A stretch of 64,000 nt of DNA from Octopus vulgaris (GCA_951406725.2 OX597830.1:52266001-52330000); one strand, 5' to 3'. Shown: positions 43,215-57,690, counted from the stretch's first letter. The notes: a model not told the origin generated them from the sequence alone. Numbers and translations are program-made.

Positions 43215-43450
43215 GACGGTGAGTTGACAGAATCGTTAGGAAACCGGACAAAATGCTTAGGGGCATTTCGTCCGCCTTTACGTTCTGAGTCCAAATTCCG
43301 CCGAGGTCGACTTTGCCTTTTTATCCTCTGTAAAATAAGTACCAGTTGGGGATCGATGTAATCCTCGATAAAATAAGTACCAGTTGGGGATCGATGTAAT
43401 CGACTTAACCCTTACCACGAACTTGCTGGCTTCGTGACAAAATTTGAAAT
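43215..43450 (+). mobile_element. Family B SINE, head-to-head with the previous copy
   Basis: GACGGTGAGTTGACAGAATCGTTAG...GTTCTGAGTCCAAATTCCGCCGAGGTCGAC, with a small internal duplication. Confidence 0.82.
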
Positions 43451-43754
43451 CATATTGTGATTAACATCAGGAGTTTTGTAAATATATACATATACATACA
43501 TATCTATAGATATATAGATAGATATGTTTCTTTATTAGCCACGCTGGGCTGCACACAGACGGGACAGATTACAAAGTAGAGCTTTTTTTTGGTGGGGGGA
43601 GAAAATAAAATGTGGGGTAGGTTTTCGATGAAAAGGGATCGTAAAAAGGGAAGGAAGAAAAGAAAAAGAAAAATAGAAAAAGAAGGAAAGAAAAAAAGGA
43701 AAAAACGATCAATAGGGATCGTGTATCACAGAAATCTCATGATGTAAAGTGTAA

Positions 43755-44030
<276 letters not shown>

Positions 44031-44632
44031 TTGTGATCCAACTTCCTTTCACTCCGCTGGTCTGGTTATGTTTGATAGTATTCAGAAAGAACTCAAAGAA
44101 AGAAATCTCATTGTACTATGTCTACAACCTGAAAGGGCCCGTGCCCTCCCCTACGTCTCTCTTGGGAGACGTTCCTAATGTTTGGATGTAAAAAAATATA
44201 TGAAAGAAAATGTTTAAAGTCATTTTATTTTTGTTAAGTCCAAAAATGATTATCACAAATACTACTGATCAAATGTCTGTGCACCAGACTAGCTCGTTGC
44301 CTCTTAGAGTGACACCTGTTACAGGTAGATGCACACTAACGAGAAATGAAGTGCTTTGCTGAAGAGCATAACGCACCGCCCGGCCCGTGAATCGAAATCA
44401 GGAGCTTACGATCACGGTTGCAACATCCTAGTCACTAGACCACTCGACCGCACACCTTCATGTATGCGCGCGCGTACACACACATCCACACATAAATACA
44501 CGTGTATATGAATGTATGTATGCGTATGTTGTGTGTGTGTGCGTGTGTATATACGCGTGCGAGTGCGTATATGATATATTGATACACACACAAATATTCA
44601 GAGAATGACAACAGAATAAAACTGCGAGAGAG

Positions 44633-44674
<42 letters not shown>

Positions 44675-44857
44675 GGAACAGAAAGAAAGACGTTATAAAG
44701 AACTGGAACTTTAACTGTGGAAACATGCTGTGTGTCTCTGAGTGTGGGTCTTGTCCTGAAGAATGTAGGGTTTTTTCTTTTCATTTTTATTATACATTAT
44801 CTTTATTTTTATCTTATTTTATTCATTTATTTGAATGCGAAATTCTCGCTTTTTCGT

Positions 44858-44971
44858 AGACAGAACTAATGGAGAGAACTCGTTAAAGTGTGTTAGTATT
44901 TGCGGAGAGCTTCAAAAATGGTTCCAGTTAAATATTTATTCACTTGAACGAAGAATTTAGAATGTATTAAC
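44858..44971 (+). ncRNA. Conserved hairpin block, copy 3 (hairpin 44879-44952)
   Basis: See copy 1; the 3' arm is identical. Confidence 0.45.
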
Positions 44972-45099
44972 AAAGATGATGACGATAAAAATGAAGATGA
45001 TGATGATGATAATAATAATGATGATGATTTCTTAATAATAACAACAACAACAACAACAACAACAACATCAATAATAAGAAGAAGAAGAAGAAGAAGAAT

Positions 45100-45374
<275 letters not shown>

Positions 45375-46642
45375 TATTAATAATAATAATAATAATAATA
45401 ATTATAATAATAATAATAATAATAACCTCAACAGCAATAGACGGAAACTAAACCAATCTATGAATAATAATATTGTATCTGTGTGGAAATAGACAAAGAT
45501 TGGAACCAACAAAGATGAAATTTTTTTTTTCAATTTCAATATTTTTCTGTTCTTTTGCCTTTGATGGTTGATCATGATGAGGAAAATCGTCACAATGAGC
45601 AGGGAGAGCAGGAGGAGGAGCAGGAGAAGGAGGGGAGGTAGAAGAAGAAGAAGAAGAAGAAGAAGAAGAAGAAGAAGAAGAAGGGGTGGAGGAGAATGGA
45701 TGGAGGTCGAGGGGTGGAGGAAGAAGAAGAATAAGGGGAGGTAAGGGAGGAGGATGGATGGATGGAGGTCGAGGGTGGCAGAAGAAGAACAACAATAACA
45801 ACAACAACAAGAGAAAGATGAAGAAGAAAAAGAAAAAGGGAGGGAGGAAGTGGAGGAAGTGGAGGAAGATGGATGGAGGTCGAGGGGTGGAGGAAGAAGA
45901 AGAAGAAGAAGAAGAAGAAGAAGGAAAAGAGGAAGAAGAGAAAGAAGAAGAAAGGGGGAGGGAGGAGGGGGAGGAGGATGGATGGAGGTCGAGGGGCGGA
46001 GGAAGAAGAAGAAAAACAGGATGAAGAGAAAGAAGAAGAAAAAAGGTGGAGTTGGAGGTGGAGGAGAGGAGAAAGAGAAGAGGAAGAAGGAGAGGAAAAT
46101 AATGCTGGTTGTGGTGGCGGTGGGTTTGATGGTCACAATGGCATTGTTGGCGATGTGGAGGAGTAGGCAAGTGGTGATAGCGATGTTGAAGATTATGAGA
46201 AGGAAGAAGAAACATTAATACTGGAACAAGTGATAGAGTGGTGGCATTGTGGGTGTGGTGGTGGTGATGCTATTGATGCTATTGATGCTGGCGGCTTTGG
46301 TGGTGATGGTATTGATGGTGATAAAGAGCAACAAACTTTTAATTCGTATGCAAATACTATAGAGATAAGACTGACGGGAAGTTTAAACGACGGTTCTTAA
46401 AATTACTTTCAGGAAAGGGGGGGCGGTTATATTGTACTTGACTGCAAAATCAAGTACAATATTATCGAAAATTCGCGGAGAAACACTAAGTGAAGATATG
46501 ATACGTGTTCAGTTGAAAAAAGCGCATTTCCAAATAAGCCTTCAGAATCCTCATCAAACACAAATTGAGGCATTTTTTGCATATAATATATGAATTTGTG
46601 TATATATGCATGTGTGTGTGTGTATCTATCTATGTATGTATA

Positions 46643-46864
46643 TATTTCTTTACTGCCCACAAGGGGCTAAACATAGAGGGGAAAAACAAGGACAGACAAT
46701 CGGATTAAGGTCGATTACATCGACCCAGTGCGAAACTGGTACTTGATTTATCGACCCCGAAAGGATGAAAGGCAGAGTCGACTTCGGTGGAATTTGAACT
46801 CAGAACGTAACGACAGACGAAATACCGCTAAGCATTTCGCCCGGCGCGCTAACGTTTCTGCCAT
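46643..46864 (-). mobile_element. Family B SINE
   Basis: CCCCGAAAGGATGAAAGGCAGAGTCGACTTCGGTGGAATTTGAACTCAGAACG. Confidence 0.85.
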
Positions 46865-46959
46865 CTATGTATGCATGTATGTATATTTAACACATGTATG
46901 TATACACATGCACACATACATATGTGCATGTGTGTGTGCTGTGTGTATGTGTGTGTGTG

Positions 46960-47040
<81 letters not shown>

Positions 47041-47245
47041 TATAACATCCAAGTATCTAAGTGTTGGAAGCTTGCAAACTTCGAGCTGTTAGTGGTAGGT
47101 ATAAAAAGCAAATTTCAGGAACATCAATAATTTAGTGATATCGAATGTTCCCCATATATAACCTCGATAAGCTGAAAAATTATTTTTTTTATATATAGTT
47201 CACGATTAGCAACTAGAGTTACTATGAAAGCGAATAAAAATCCAA

Positions 47246-47621
47246 ATTGAGGGAGTATAACAGGTAAAATCCAGGCTACACGTTTCCTTGCTAGGAGATA
47301 CACGGAAGTAATAATTACCCAACGAGGTGTACTCGGCTAGCTACTCACCTGACTGGAGATGCCTTAATTATATGAAGGTTACATGGTCGCCAAGGAACCC
47401 AAGTTAACTCGCCTATTTTGAAATATGTGAGTATATGATTTCAAATATAGCTCCGGCGAATTCACTTGGGATTCCTTGACGACAATGTAATCTTCATATA
47501 GTTAAGGAATTTTCGGCCTGATGAGTAGCTAGCGGAGTACACTTCTTTGAGTAATTATTACGTACGAGGATTTCGTAGATAGGAAACGTATGTAGCCTGG
47601 ATTTCACTTGGTCTACTCCCT

Positions 47622-47625
<4 letters not shown>
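47246..47625. mobile_element. 380-bp diverged palindrome with a hammerhead-like motif on the right arm (47515-47597)
   Basis: Mirror blocks ATTGAGGGAGTA/TACTCCCTCAAT, AAATCCAGGCTACA/TGTAGCCTGGATTT and GCTAGCTACTCA/TGAGTAGCTAGC. GGC CUGAUGA...GAAAC GUAU GUA GCC. Confidence 0.75.
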
Positions 47626-47691
<66 letters not shown>

Positions 47692-47704
47692 TCCCTCTCT
47701 ACCA

Positions 47705-47746
<42 letters not shown>

Positions 47747-47975
47747 CATATAAAATTATATATCCAGAAATTTAAAAGGCATGTTAAGAAAATATATTTA
47801 CACTTATCCCGTTTCAGAATTTTATGATTTTCAAAAGTAATGAATTTATTTGTCAGGATAAAATTCTTGGTGGGTGGTTAACACAGATAGGTTTGGTGTC
47901 AGATTTACATTTGTTCTGCTTTTCGAACATTTTATTGAAAATTTCCACGCAACGCGGTATGATTTCCGGTGTGAA

Positions 47976-48060
<85 letters not shown>

Positions 48061-48857
48061 CATATATATACATATGGGGATGCACAAGGCCGCATTAATG
48101 GAAATAGGTTTTGGTGCAATCATATTTAATATGACTGAGTATACTCGGACGTGGGAAGATCTTTCGCTGCGCAAATATTCTCGGGAGAATATACCCCTCA
48201 TAGAGAATATGTGCGAATACATATTTTGCTGTGAATGACGTCAAGGATCACAGGATGCATGCGTTTGGCGTCGTTACACTTCATTATCAGCAAATATTTA
48301 ATCAGATTTTCAGTCCTATAAGTAAGGTTGTTTTGAACATATAAGAACAGCAAATATTACATTTGCTGGTGTATGTACAGGTTCTACATACTGAAATTAA
48401 TTAACTAGAGAGGCAGAAAGCTGCGTTGAAAAAATTATTTGCGTGAATAAGGATACACATTCACGTACAATCTAACGTGGGAAGGCCCTTTTGCTGAGAA
48501 CATAGCTTCGAGATAATTATGCAGATGTGTGAGGAGAGATAGCAATAGAAGTAAAAAAAAAAATTGCGAGATAGAGCGATAGAGAGAAAGAGAAACCATA
48601 GAGAAAGAAGAAAAGAGATGATGATTGGTAGACGTTATTGCCACACCCAGTATCATCAACCTCACTATCACTTTCATGATCATCATAATCATCTACCTTG
48701 TCTGTATTTAAAAATGTCTTTGAAAAGTTTTACTTGTGACTGCTCCCTGATACAACATCGCTGTCTTTTGTCGATCATCTTTTTTTTTTTTTTTTGCTTT
48801 CTTTGTAGACAAGCTTTAAATGTGTCTAAATGTATTTCATAGTTACTGTGAACTAAA

Positions 48858-49299
48858 TCTATATATATAAAGCTGAAGTTGTCTGTGTGTGTGTGTGGCA
48901 GGTTTGGTAGCCTTCAACTAACACTATCTCCTTCGAGACTCTGCGGCGCAAGTTGACCAAAATTGAGAGTATGATAGAAGAAGGCTTGCTCTTCATTCCG
49001 TAGAAAAAAAATTCAAATCGGACCATGTTAAGACTAAAAATTATTTACATCAAAAAGGTGTTTTTTTTCTATGAAAATCCCTATCTTTTTATGATTTTTT
49101 GATTACTGTGTCGCCATTTTTTGGTGTATTTCAACCAGAAAAATGTTCACTTAAAGAGAATAACAAGCTACATATGCAAAATTTTTACTTTTCAAAACAG
49201 ATTGAAACTATGTCAAAACTTTGTTAACGCGACATCAAAGTCTGTCGTTTTAAGCGCAAATAGAAAACAAACCCGAGCAGCGCCGGGCTACACTGCTAG
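48858..49299 (+). mobile_element. Non-autonomous Helitron, 442 bp
   Basis: A|TCTATATATATAAA start, subterminal hairpin CCCG...CGGG, CTAG|T end. Confidence 0.75.
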
Positions 49300-49354
49300 T
49301 ATGTACTTATTTCCTTTTCATTTAGCTGCTATTCTTTATTTTTTTTCTTCTCTC

Positions 49355-49394
49355 TAGTTTCAGCTCAGAGCTGCGGCCATGTTGATGCACCGCC
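49355..49394 (-). mobile_element. LINE/SINE-type 3' tail joined to the 5.8S fragment
   Basis: GGCGGTGCATCAACATGGCCGCAGCTCTGAGCTGAAACTA versus the family A tail GGCGGTGCTCCAGCATGGCCGCAGTCAAATGACTGAAACAA. Confidence 0.8.
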
Positions 49395-49410
49395 GATTAG
49401 AATGACCGGA

Positions 49411-49532
49411 CGGGGCCGCAATGTGCGTTCGAGGTATCTATGTCCACTCAGTCCTGCAATTCGCATCAGTTCACGCGCATAGCCGCGCTCTTCATCGACG
49501 GACGAGCCGAGTGATTCCCCCGTCCAGATGTT
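49411..49532 (-). pseudogene. 5.8S rRNA-derived segment (about the first 120 nt)
   Basis: Minus strand ATCACTCGGCTCGTCCGTCGATGAAGAGCGC...GAATTGCAGGAC...TCGAACGCACATTGCGGCCCCG: the universal 5.8S motifs in correct order and spacing. No ITS, 18S or 28S context. Confidence 0.9.
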
Positions 49533-49627
49533 CATTTATTTTGATCGGACATTTCTCATAGCCCATCTCATCACTGCTTAGACACTTAGCACCCTAAGGA
49601 AAAATGTATGTTCATTTACCATGTGTT

Positions 49628-49694
<67 letters not shown>

Positions 49695-49885
49695 GCGTGA
49701 GTGAAGTATGTGTTTGTATGTGTCCAATAGTGTTTACGCTATGTGAACGATAATGTTTCTTATTAGAGCTGCATCGAATTCGAAATATATATGCGCGCGC
49801 ATTTGTGTGTGAGTGTGTGTTCGCGTGCGCTTATGCATATATAAATATAAGCGTATATACGTGTGCGTTTATAATATATATACAT

Positions 49886-50010
49886 AGGCGCAGATGTGGC
49901 TGTTTGGTAGGAAGTTTGGTTCCCAACCACATGGTTCCGGGTTCAGCTTCGGACAGAGCAACGCCTTGTGAGTGGATTTGGTAGTCGGGAACTGAAAGAG
50001 GCCACTCGTA
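49886..50010 (+). mobile_element. Family A SINE head, internally deleted
   Basis: GTGGCTGTTTGGTAG...CCACATGGTTCCGGGTTCAG...GCCTTGTGAGTGGATTTGGTAG. Confidence 0.75.
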
Positions 50011-50039
50011 TACCTATGTGTGCGTGTGTGTATGTGTGC

Positions 50040-50097
<58 letters not shown>

Positions 50098-50246
50098 ATA
50101 TATTAAAAAGGCAGTTATCTAGTTATCTACATTTCTTTCAGCTAAATAAATTAAATGATATTTTGCTTCACGTTTTACAAAATTAATGAAACATTACCAT
50201 GATGTTAGTTTTTATAGACTTTGGAACTCATATTTTATCTATAACT

Positions 50247-50320
<74 letters not shown>

Positions 50321-50708
50321 TATATATATATAATCTCGTTACTTAATGTGTGTGTGTGTATTACCATTAGATTTTCATTTAACAGCAGCGAACGTAGTGT
50401 CATTGTAATGGGGAAAACAGACAACCACGAGAAAACTTGATAACTTAGCTGTCGCCTGCTCAGCTTGCATTAAATTCTTTGTAAACCTACATAAATTTTC
50501 CCGCTGGTTTTTCATGAAACAGAATTTATAAATAATCGAGGAAATCAGTGAAACTTTAAAAATCATGAAATTATCAAATGCATTTCTTATTCTAAGACAT
50601 TATCATATATTACAATCAATATATTTAAAGGTAAAAAAAAAATTAAATTAAGAAAAACAGAAAGAATAACTGCTTAAAAATCACTTAAGAATTCTCAGCA
50701 AACACTCA

Positions 50709-50741
<33 letters not shown>

Positions 50742-51129
50742 CTTTTTTGAAAAATTTTCTTTTTTGAAAAATTATTTTTTTAAATTTTCTTCTAGTCATT
50801 TTATCATTATCAATTTTTAAATTCGCTATTTTTGTTTATTGATATTCTGAACAGTTCTTCAAGCCAGCATTATTTGTTCAGTGTGATATCATGACTATGT
50901 GGTATCTCGGTGATTGAAAGTTCAAGAGCACTCATTGATAATCACAGAATAAATAAACCGCATTCATTTAATCATTACTCTGTATAGATCTAACAAACTA
51001 TTTATATATTTATTTCACAGATTCAATTACTAAAGTACATTTCTTTTCCATCTGTTATTGCAAGGATTTTAATGTATTTGCTCTGTTTTGTACAAGATAT
51101 ATCAATCGTCTGAAAAGCAACAACAGTAC

Positions 51130-51202
<73 letters not shown>

Positions 51203-51244
51203 CTGTTGTATGTGTGTGTCTGAGTATATGTTTGTGTGTGTGTG

Positions 51245-51278
<34 letters not shown>

Positions 51279-51326
51279 CACATATAATATATATATATAC
51301 ACACATATACATACACACACACACTC

Positions 51327-51414
<88 letters not shown>

Positions 51415-51803
51415 CTTAGTTGCGGGGTAGTTTAGTTGCAGGATTCATTCGAATCAACATGTAGAACACCAGAATTGGCTAGGTGCCATAACATAAGGCA
51501 CACAGTGAGTTAAAACAAGCATGAGATATCATGTGTTGGTAGTATAGTACAGGTATATATGTAAGTACCATATCCGTAGATCCGACTCAGATGTGGTTCC
51601 AGGTGGTAGGTATTAAAAAAACACAAATGGGGTTTAAAATTTACAACACTTCTTTTGGTAGAATTTAATTGATATACTCAAAGTTTACATCAATGAATTT
51701 CTACCGAATTTTAAACCCCATGTGTTACTGTTGTAACATGTGTTACCATGTGTTACTTATGCTATACAAGTTACAGGCAAGAAATTTGATCTACCATTTA
51801 ATA

Positions 51804-51840
<37 letters not shown>

Positions 51841-52013
51841 TGTTTGTATGTGAGCGTGCTTGTGGACGATTTACCTTCAATTTCTTTTGCATTAAAAAGT
51901 TTTAGGTGTATCAAAGTCTGTTACTGTTCACAAGACTCAACTTCGGATTAAGTTGGTGATGTTGGCGTCTTTGAGGAAGTAACTGTAAGAAATATGTTGG
52001 TAATATCTGCATG

Positions 52014-52081
<68 letters not shown>

Positions 52082-52124
52082 TGTGTGTGTGTGTATATAA
52101 GCGCACTATGCAAAATTAGTTATT

Positions 52125-53015
52125 CAGTTGTGGTAAAACAAAATCCGAGAACAACGATCCGAAAACTTTCAGCAAAACTCCAAACACCGCGCACAACTGT
52201 TTCTCGACACCTGAACAAAATTGGAAAAGTCAAGAAAACGGATAGATTTGTTTCATATCAAGTGAGCGAGATTCAAAAATGCTGGCGTCTCGAAGTGTGT
52301 TCCTTATTACTTTCTCGACTGGAAAAAGAACCATTTTTGCATCGAATCATTCGATGTGATGAGAAATGGATACTCTTTGACAACAGCTGGAGAACAGGAC
52401 AGTGATTAGATGCAGGAGAGTCACCTAAACACTACCCAAAACCACCATTTCCCCCTAAAAAGTTAGTGGTCATTGTATGTTGGTCTGTAAAGGGTGTTAT
52501 TCATTATTCATCTTTGCAACAAGGAAAGAGGGTAACAGCAAAATCGTATTGCCAGGAATTTGATTGTATGCATGAGAATTTGAAAAAGAAGCAACCCAGG
52601 CAAGTGAACAGAGATGGCCCAATTTTGATCCACGACAATGCACGTCTCCACATTCCTAAAGCTATGGTCCCTAAGCTTTTTGCAACATCCTCCCCATTTC
52701 CCTAATATCCCTCCTACTGATTGTCCCTTATTTTAGCATTTTGAGCTTTTTATATGAGAAGAGATAATTGAGAAGAGATAATTGAGAAGAGATAATTATA
52801 TATTGAGAAGAGATAATTGAAGCATTCGAACAGTTTATCACAGCAAAAGAGGAAATTTCTTTTTAAAGATGGAATTTATGACTCTGAGAAACGTTGGGTA
52901 AAGGTCATAAATGAATATGTATCGTACTTTAATTAAATAAATCAGTTCTCTAACACTTTTGAAACATTTTATTGTTACCTTTCAAATACGACGTTTCATA
53001 TGTGACAACCTAAAA
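52125..53015 (+). mobile_element. mariner transposase pseudogene, 5'-truncated, with probable right TIR
   Basis: HTH (TTIRKLSAKL..TVSRHL), FLHRIIRCDEKWILFDN and ILIHDNARLH. Stop at 52403-52405 and later frameshifts. Ends CATATGTGACAACCTAA. Confidence 0.9.
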
Positions 53016-53019
53016 TATC

Positions 53020-53345
53020 GACCGGCACTCCGTCATTTACGACGACGAAGGTCCCAGCTGGTACGGTCAACAGAACGGCCCGCTCGTGAAATTAACGTGA
53101 AAATGGTCAAGCACTCCACAGATACGTGTACCCTTAACGTAGTTCCCTAGGAGATTCATCGTGACTAAGAGTGTGACAAGACTGGCCTTTTGAAATGCAG
53201 GTATTACTCATTTTTGCCAGCTGAGTGAACTGGAACAACATGAAATAAAGTGTCATGCTCAAGGAAACAACGCGTCGCCGGAAATTGAACTCGTGACCTA
53301 ACGATCGTGAGCAGAACGTCCTAATCACTATGACATGCACCTTCA
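53020..53345 (-). mobile_element. Family D-related SINE
   Basis: GCTCGTGAAATTAACGTG...GCACTCCACAGA...CCCTTAACGTAGTTC is shared with 35940-36005. Confidence 0.8.
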
Positions 53346-53424
53346 TACACACACATATAGATATGGAGGGAGAGAGAGGGCAGAGGGAGAGAGGGGAGAG
53401 AGTGAGGATATATAGAAAGATAAT

Positions 53425-53715
53425 AGAGGCGTATGGCCTAATGATTAGGATGTTGCACTGAAGATAGGAAAATAGTATTTTCGATTTCCAGACCGGCCGT
53501 ACGTTGTGTTATTGAGCAAAACACTTCAAATCCCGTCGCTCCAGTCTATTCAGCTTTAAATGGATAACCTTGTTGAGGACTGGCGTTCTGTTTCAGAAAT
53601 ATATTGGCCTGATCACCTTGCCAACGTACTGGCATCATTCGAAAGCTACAGCTACGCGACGAAACATTTGAGATCAGCGGTGTATAATATTATCCGAAAA
53701 TGTAGCTGACACAAT
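53425..53715 (+). mobile_element. Diverged tRNA-derived SINE
   Basis: GAGGCGTATGGCCTAATGATTAGG...TTTCGATTTCCAGACCGG...TTGAGCAAAACACTT. Confidence 0.65.
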
Positions 53716-53740
53716 GACATACATACATACATACATACAT

Positions 53741-53784
<44 letters not shown>

Positions 53785-53791
<7 letters not shown>

Positions 53792-54243
53792 GTTGAAAAG
53801 AATTAGAGATTTATACGACTCTAATATTTGTATATGAAAGATGAAGGTGGAAACAGCACTGGGGGAATTTAATAAAAATGATCTATAAAATTATATAACG
53901 AAGTTAATACTGGTTTCGATTGTATCTCATCTTATCAAATATCAGTAAAAATTTGAAGTAAAAACAGTTTACTTCTCTCTGAGGGTCAAGAACATATCTC
54001 ATATGTTCTCGGCCCCTGGACAGAAGTTAAACTGTTTAAACTTCAATTTTTTACTGACATTTGATAAGGTGAGAATACATCGAAACCGCTAATATTTTCT
54101 TTATATAATTTTTAAAATCATGTTTTATTAAATTCCCTCTTAAAGTGAAATGTCTTAGACTTACTTCTGTGCTGTATCCACCTCCATCTTTCATATATAA
54201 AAATTTGATTTGTATAGATCTCTGATTTTTTTCAACTGTATGT
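53785..54243. repeat. ~460-bp diverged palindrome between microsatellites
   Basis: Centre AGAACATAT-CTC-ATATGTTCT at 53989-54009. Mirror blocks TATATGAAAGATG/CATCTTTCATATA and GGAATTTAATAAAA/TTTTATTAAATTCC. Confidence 0.8.
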
Positions 54244-54510
54244 GTGTGTGTGTGTGTGTGTTTGTAAAATTGAAGGCGTTGGAGTCAACAAGGTGTACGG
54301 TTGGATATTTATTTGCAATCAAATAAACGATTACAAATAAATGTCCAACCGTTCTCCTTTTGTGTTATCTATTCACACACTACAGAAGCCCAAACGCAAA
54401 TCTGGCAGTACGTATAATACTACTACTATATAGTACCGGGTAAAATCTGAAGGTGAACGAGTTTCATACTGTATTCTGCTACGTTCTTCGTTCTTAACAG
54501 AATATAACAT

Positions 54511-54577
<67 letters not shown>

Positions 54578-54578
54578 C

Positions 54579-55256
<678 letters not shown>

Positions 55257-57655
55257 GACAGAGAGATAGAGAGAGAGTGTATCTTGATGTATGATTGCTG
55301 CTGGTTAGGTGAGAGCTCCTGTAAAGTGTCATCATCAATTCGACTTCCAGTAATGTTTTGTGGTTACTACTGTAGTGGATGCAAATAATAACTAGAATCG
55401 TAAAAAGTATGAAGGGAACAAATTATATGAACTGCATCTCATGTTTATCAGATTTTTTTCGTATACAGACTCATATACATATATACATATGTGTGTTTGT
55501 AAAGAGAAAGCTCGCACACACGCACGCACACACACACTCACACATACACACAAGTGTTATTCATGCACATAAATGTGTTTTTGCTTGCATAGAGTAAAAC
55601 AGTCGAGTTACAAACCTCGACAACTAATTGGGATTCGAGATACATTACCAATTTATTTCGTGCTCAATGCCAATATTTTCGAAATGCAAAAATAGTCTTT
55701 AAGTTGGTTCAGTGTAGTAAACTCCAAAAACATACTTATTATATGGTAATTGCAAAGAAAGGAAATAAATCAAACAATTTTAGATGAAATAAAGCATACT
55801 TAAATTCCAAAAATATTCAAAAGTTGTTTTAAATTCCTCATCGTCAGTGTTTTGTCTGAAGATGCACTTTCTTTAATGGAATTCTTCCATAATTTCCTAA
55901 TGTTGTTTTGTTTCTGTAGCGTTGTGTTTTGCAATGTACTTTGTCTTTTGATGTTTATGTTCTTGTAATAACTCTTGCACAGAAACTTAGTTTCTTTTCA
56001 AAATAAAAACTGTATGTATGCAAAATTGAGATTGAGTCCAAGAGGCCGCCTCTGTTGTTATATTTCCTTCATCATCATTGTTATCGGAAAACATTGTTAA
56101 ACTCATGATTTTCGAGATTAACAACGTTGTGGATAATCCTCTGATCTGAAAACGTTTGAGGTAATTCAGTATCGTTGACAAACGCCAATCCAATCATCGT
56201 TCTCATTATCCGCGGGATTATGTAATCAATTTTCTAGGAACCTTTCTTTTGTATTCTTCCTGATAATAAAACCGTCAAATTCTCCTAATCTTCATAATCG
56301 GGAATTAAATAGTCAAAATAGAAAATAGGCAACAATTTCGCCACGCGTTCAAACAGTGACAGCTTTAACAGAATTTCATAGAATAATAGTTTCAAAGAAG
56401 TCGGCCGTAATTATAAATTGTTGTTGAAAGTGAAGGAGGGAAAGTAACCTTTTGATAAACTGTCATAAATTATTTTTATTGTGACATTTGAAATTCGAGA
56501 TAATTCTTGGCCCTTTTGGTTGATTGAGAGCAGTGACACTCGATCAGTAAAATACCCTGTACAATAATTTCTACACTCTGAAACCGAATTTAATCAAAAC
56601 TCATTTACTATTTTGCCTTTTCCATGGAAATTATAACGAACTCCAGAGTCTTTGTCTATTTGCGAATTTCTTTGGACATTGCATGAGTCTGGTAAATGCA
56701 TTATTACCGTCAAGGCCCTAGGTCCATAGAATTCACCAGTCATTAAGAGTATTATTTGGTATCAGCTATATGTATTTGTATATAAAACTATCAGTGGTTG
56801 TTCATTACGTTTAAAGTTGAGAGAATTTGTTTTATTAAAGCTGGATAATGTTTCCATTGCTAATAAAGCCTATGTTGTATCTCCTATCTGCTGTAAGATT
56901 AACGCCCTTGTCTAGTTTGTCAAATATCGCTTTCAGAATAGTATACTAATCGGGGTTTTTTTTTGGGGGGGTCGTTTTTGTTTTTTGTTCTTTCATGAGC
57001 AGTTAGTCCATGATGTATCTTAAACTAGCCTTAACCATAACCCTAAACCGAACTTACACAGAAAAAAATAACAAATGAAGTGGTCAACCACATTTTTCTC
57101 TTTAAAATCTTTTACTTTCAATTAAAAAAAATGTAGACGAATATATCGCTCTACCTCCTGACCACTTCATTGAGAGCGACTCCTGCAATATTTTGTCCAT
57201 TTTCTTTTTTTTTTATATATATTTTATTTTCTGTTGAGTTTTACTATTTAATCGTTAGAGTCAGAAGATGTCGCAAAATCTAAAAGCCTTTGAGTTGAGT
57301 GTTCTTGTCGCACAAAGGGATCACTCTATATCATATTCTATCATTGTCCCATCTCTATAATAACAGGACATCATTATGGTAGATATAGAATAATAATTTC
57401 CTATAATTATTTGCATCGTTCCATCGTGTCCATCGCTAAATTTTAAAGTAGCTCCTTAATATCTTTTTCCCATTTACTTCTTAAACATTATGTGTCAACT
57501 TCGCACATCCTCTTCCATCCATTCCAACCATGACTATTACAAGTTCATCAAATAATGACTGTGGTCAGGGGTGTAGGCTATTTGAAGAAAATTCTACGCA
57601 TTTTGACGGTATAACTTGATTATAGAAAGTGTGTGGATTCTATTCTCCACTTATG

Positions 57656-57690
<35 letters not shown>

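Noticed and set aside
55700-56800. Possible MULE transposase remnant (minus strand MRTMIGLAFV)
   Set aside because: Only one or two short motifs amid many stops; not supportable without a profile search.
57028-57058. Telomere-like TAACCC words
   Set aside because: Only one perfect unit.
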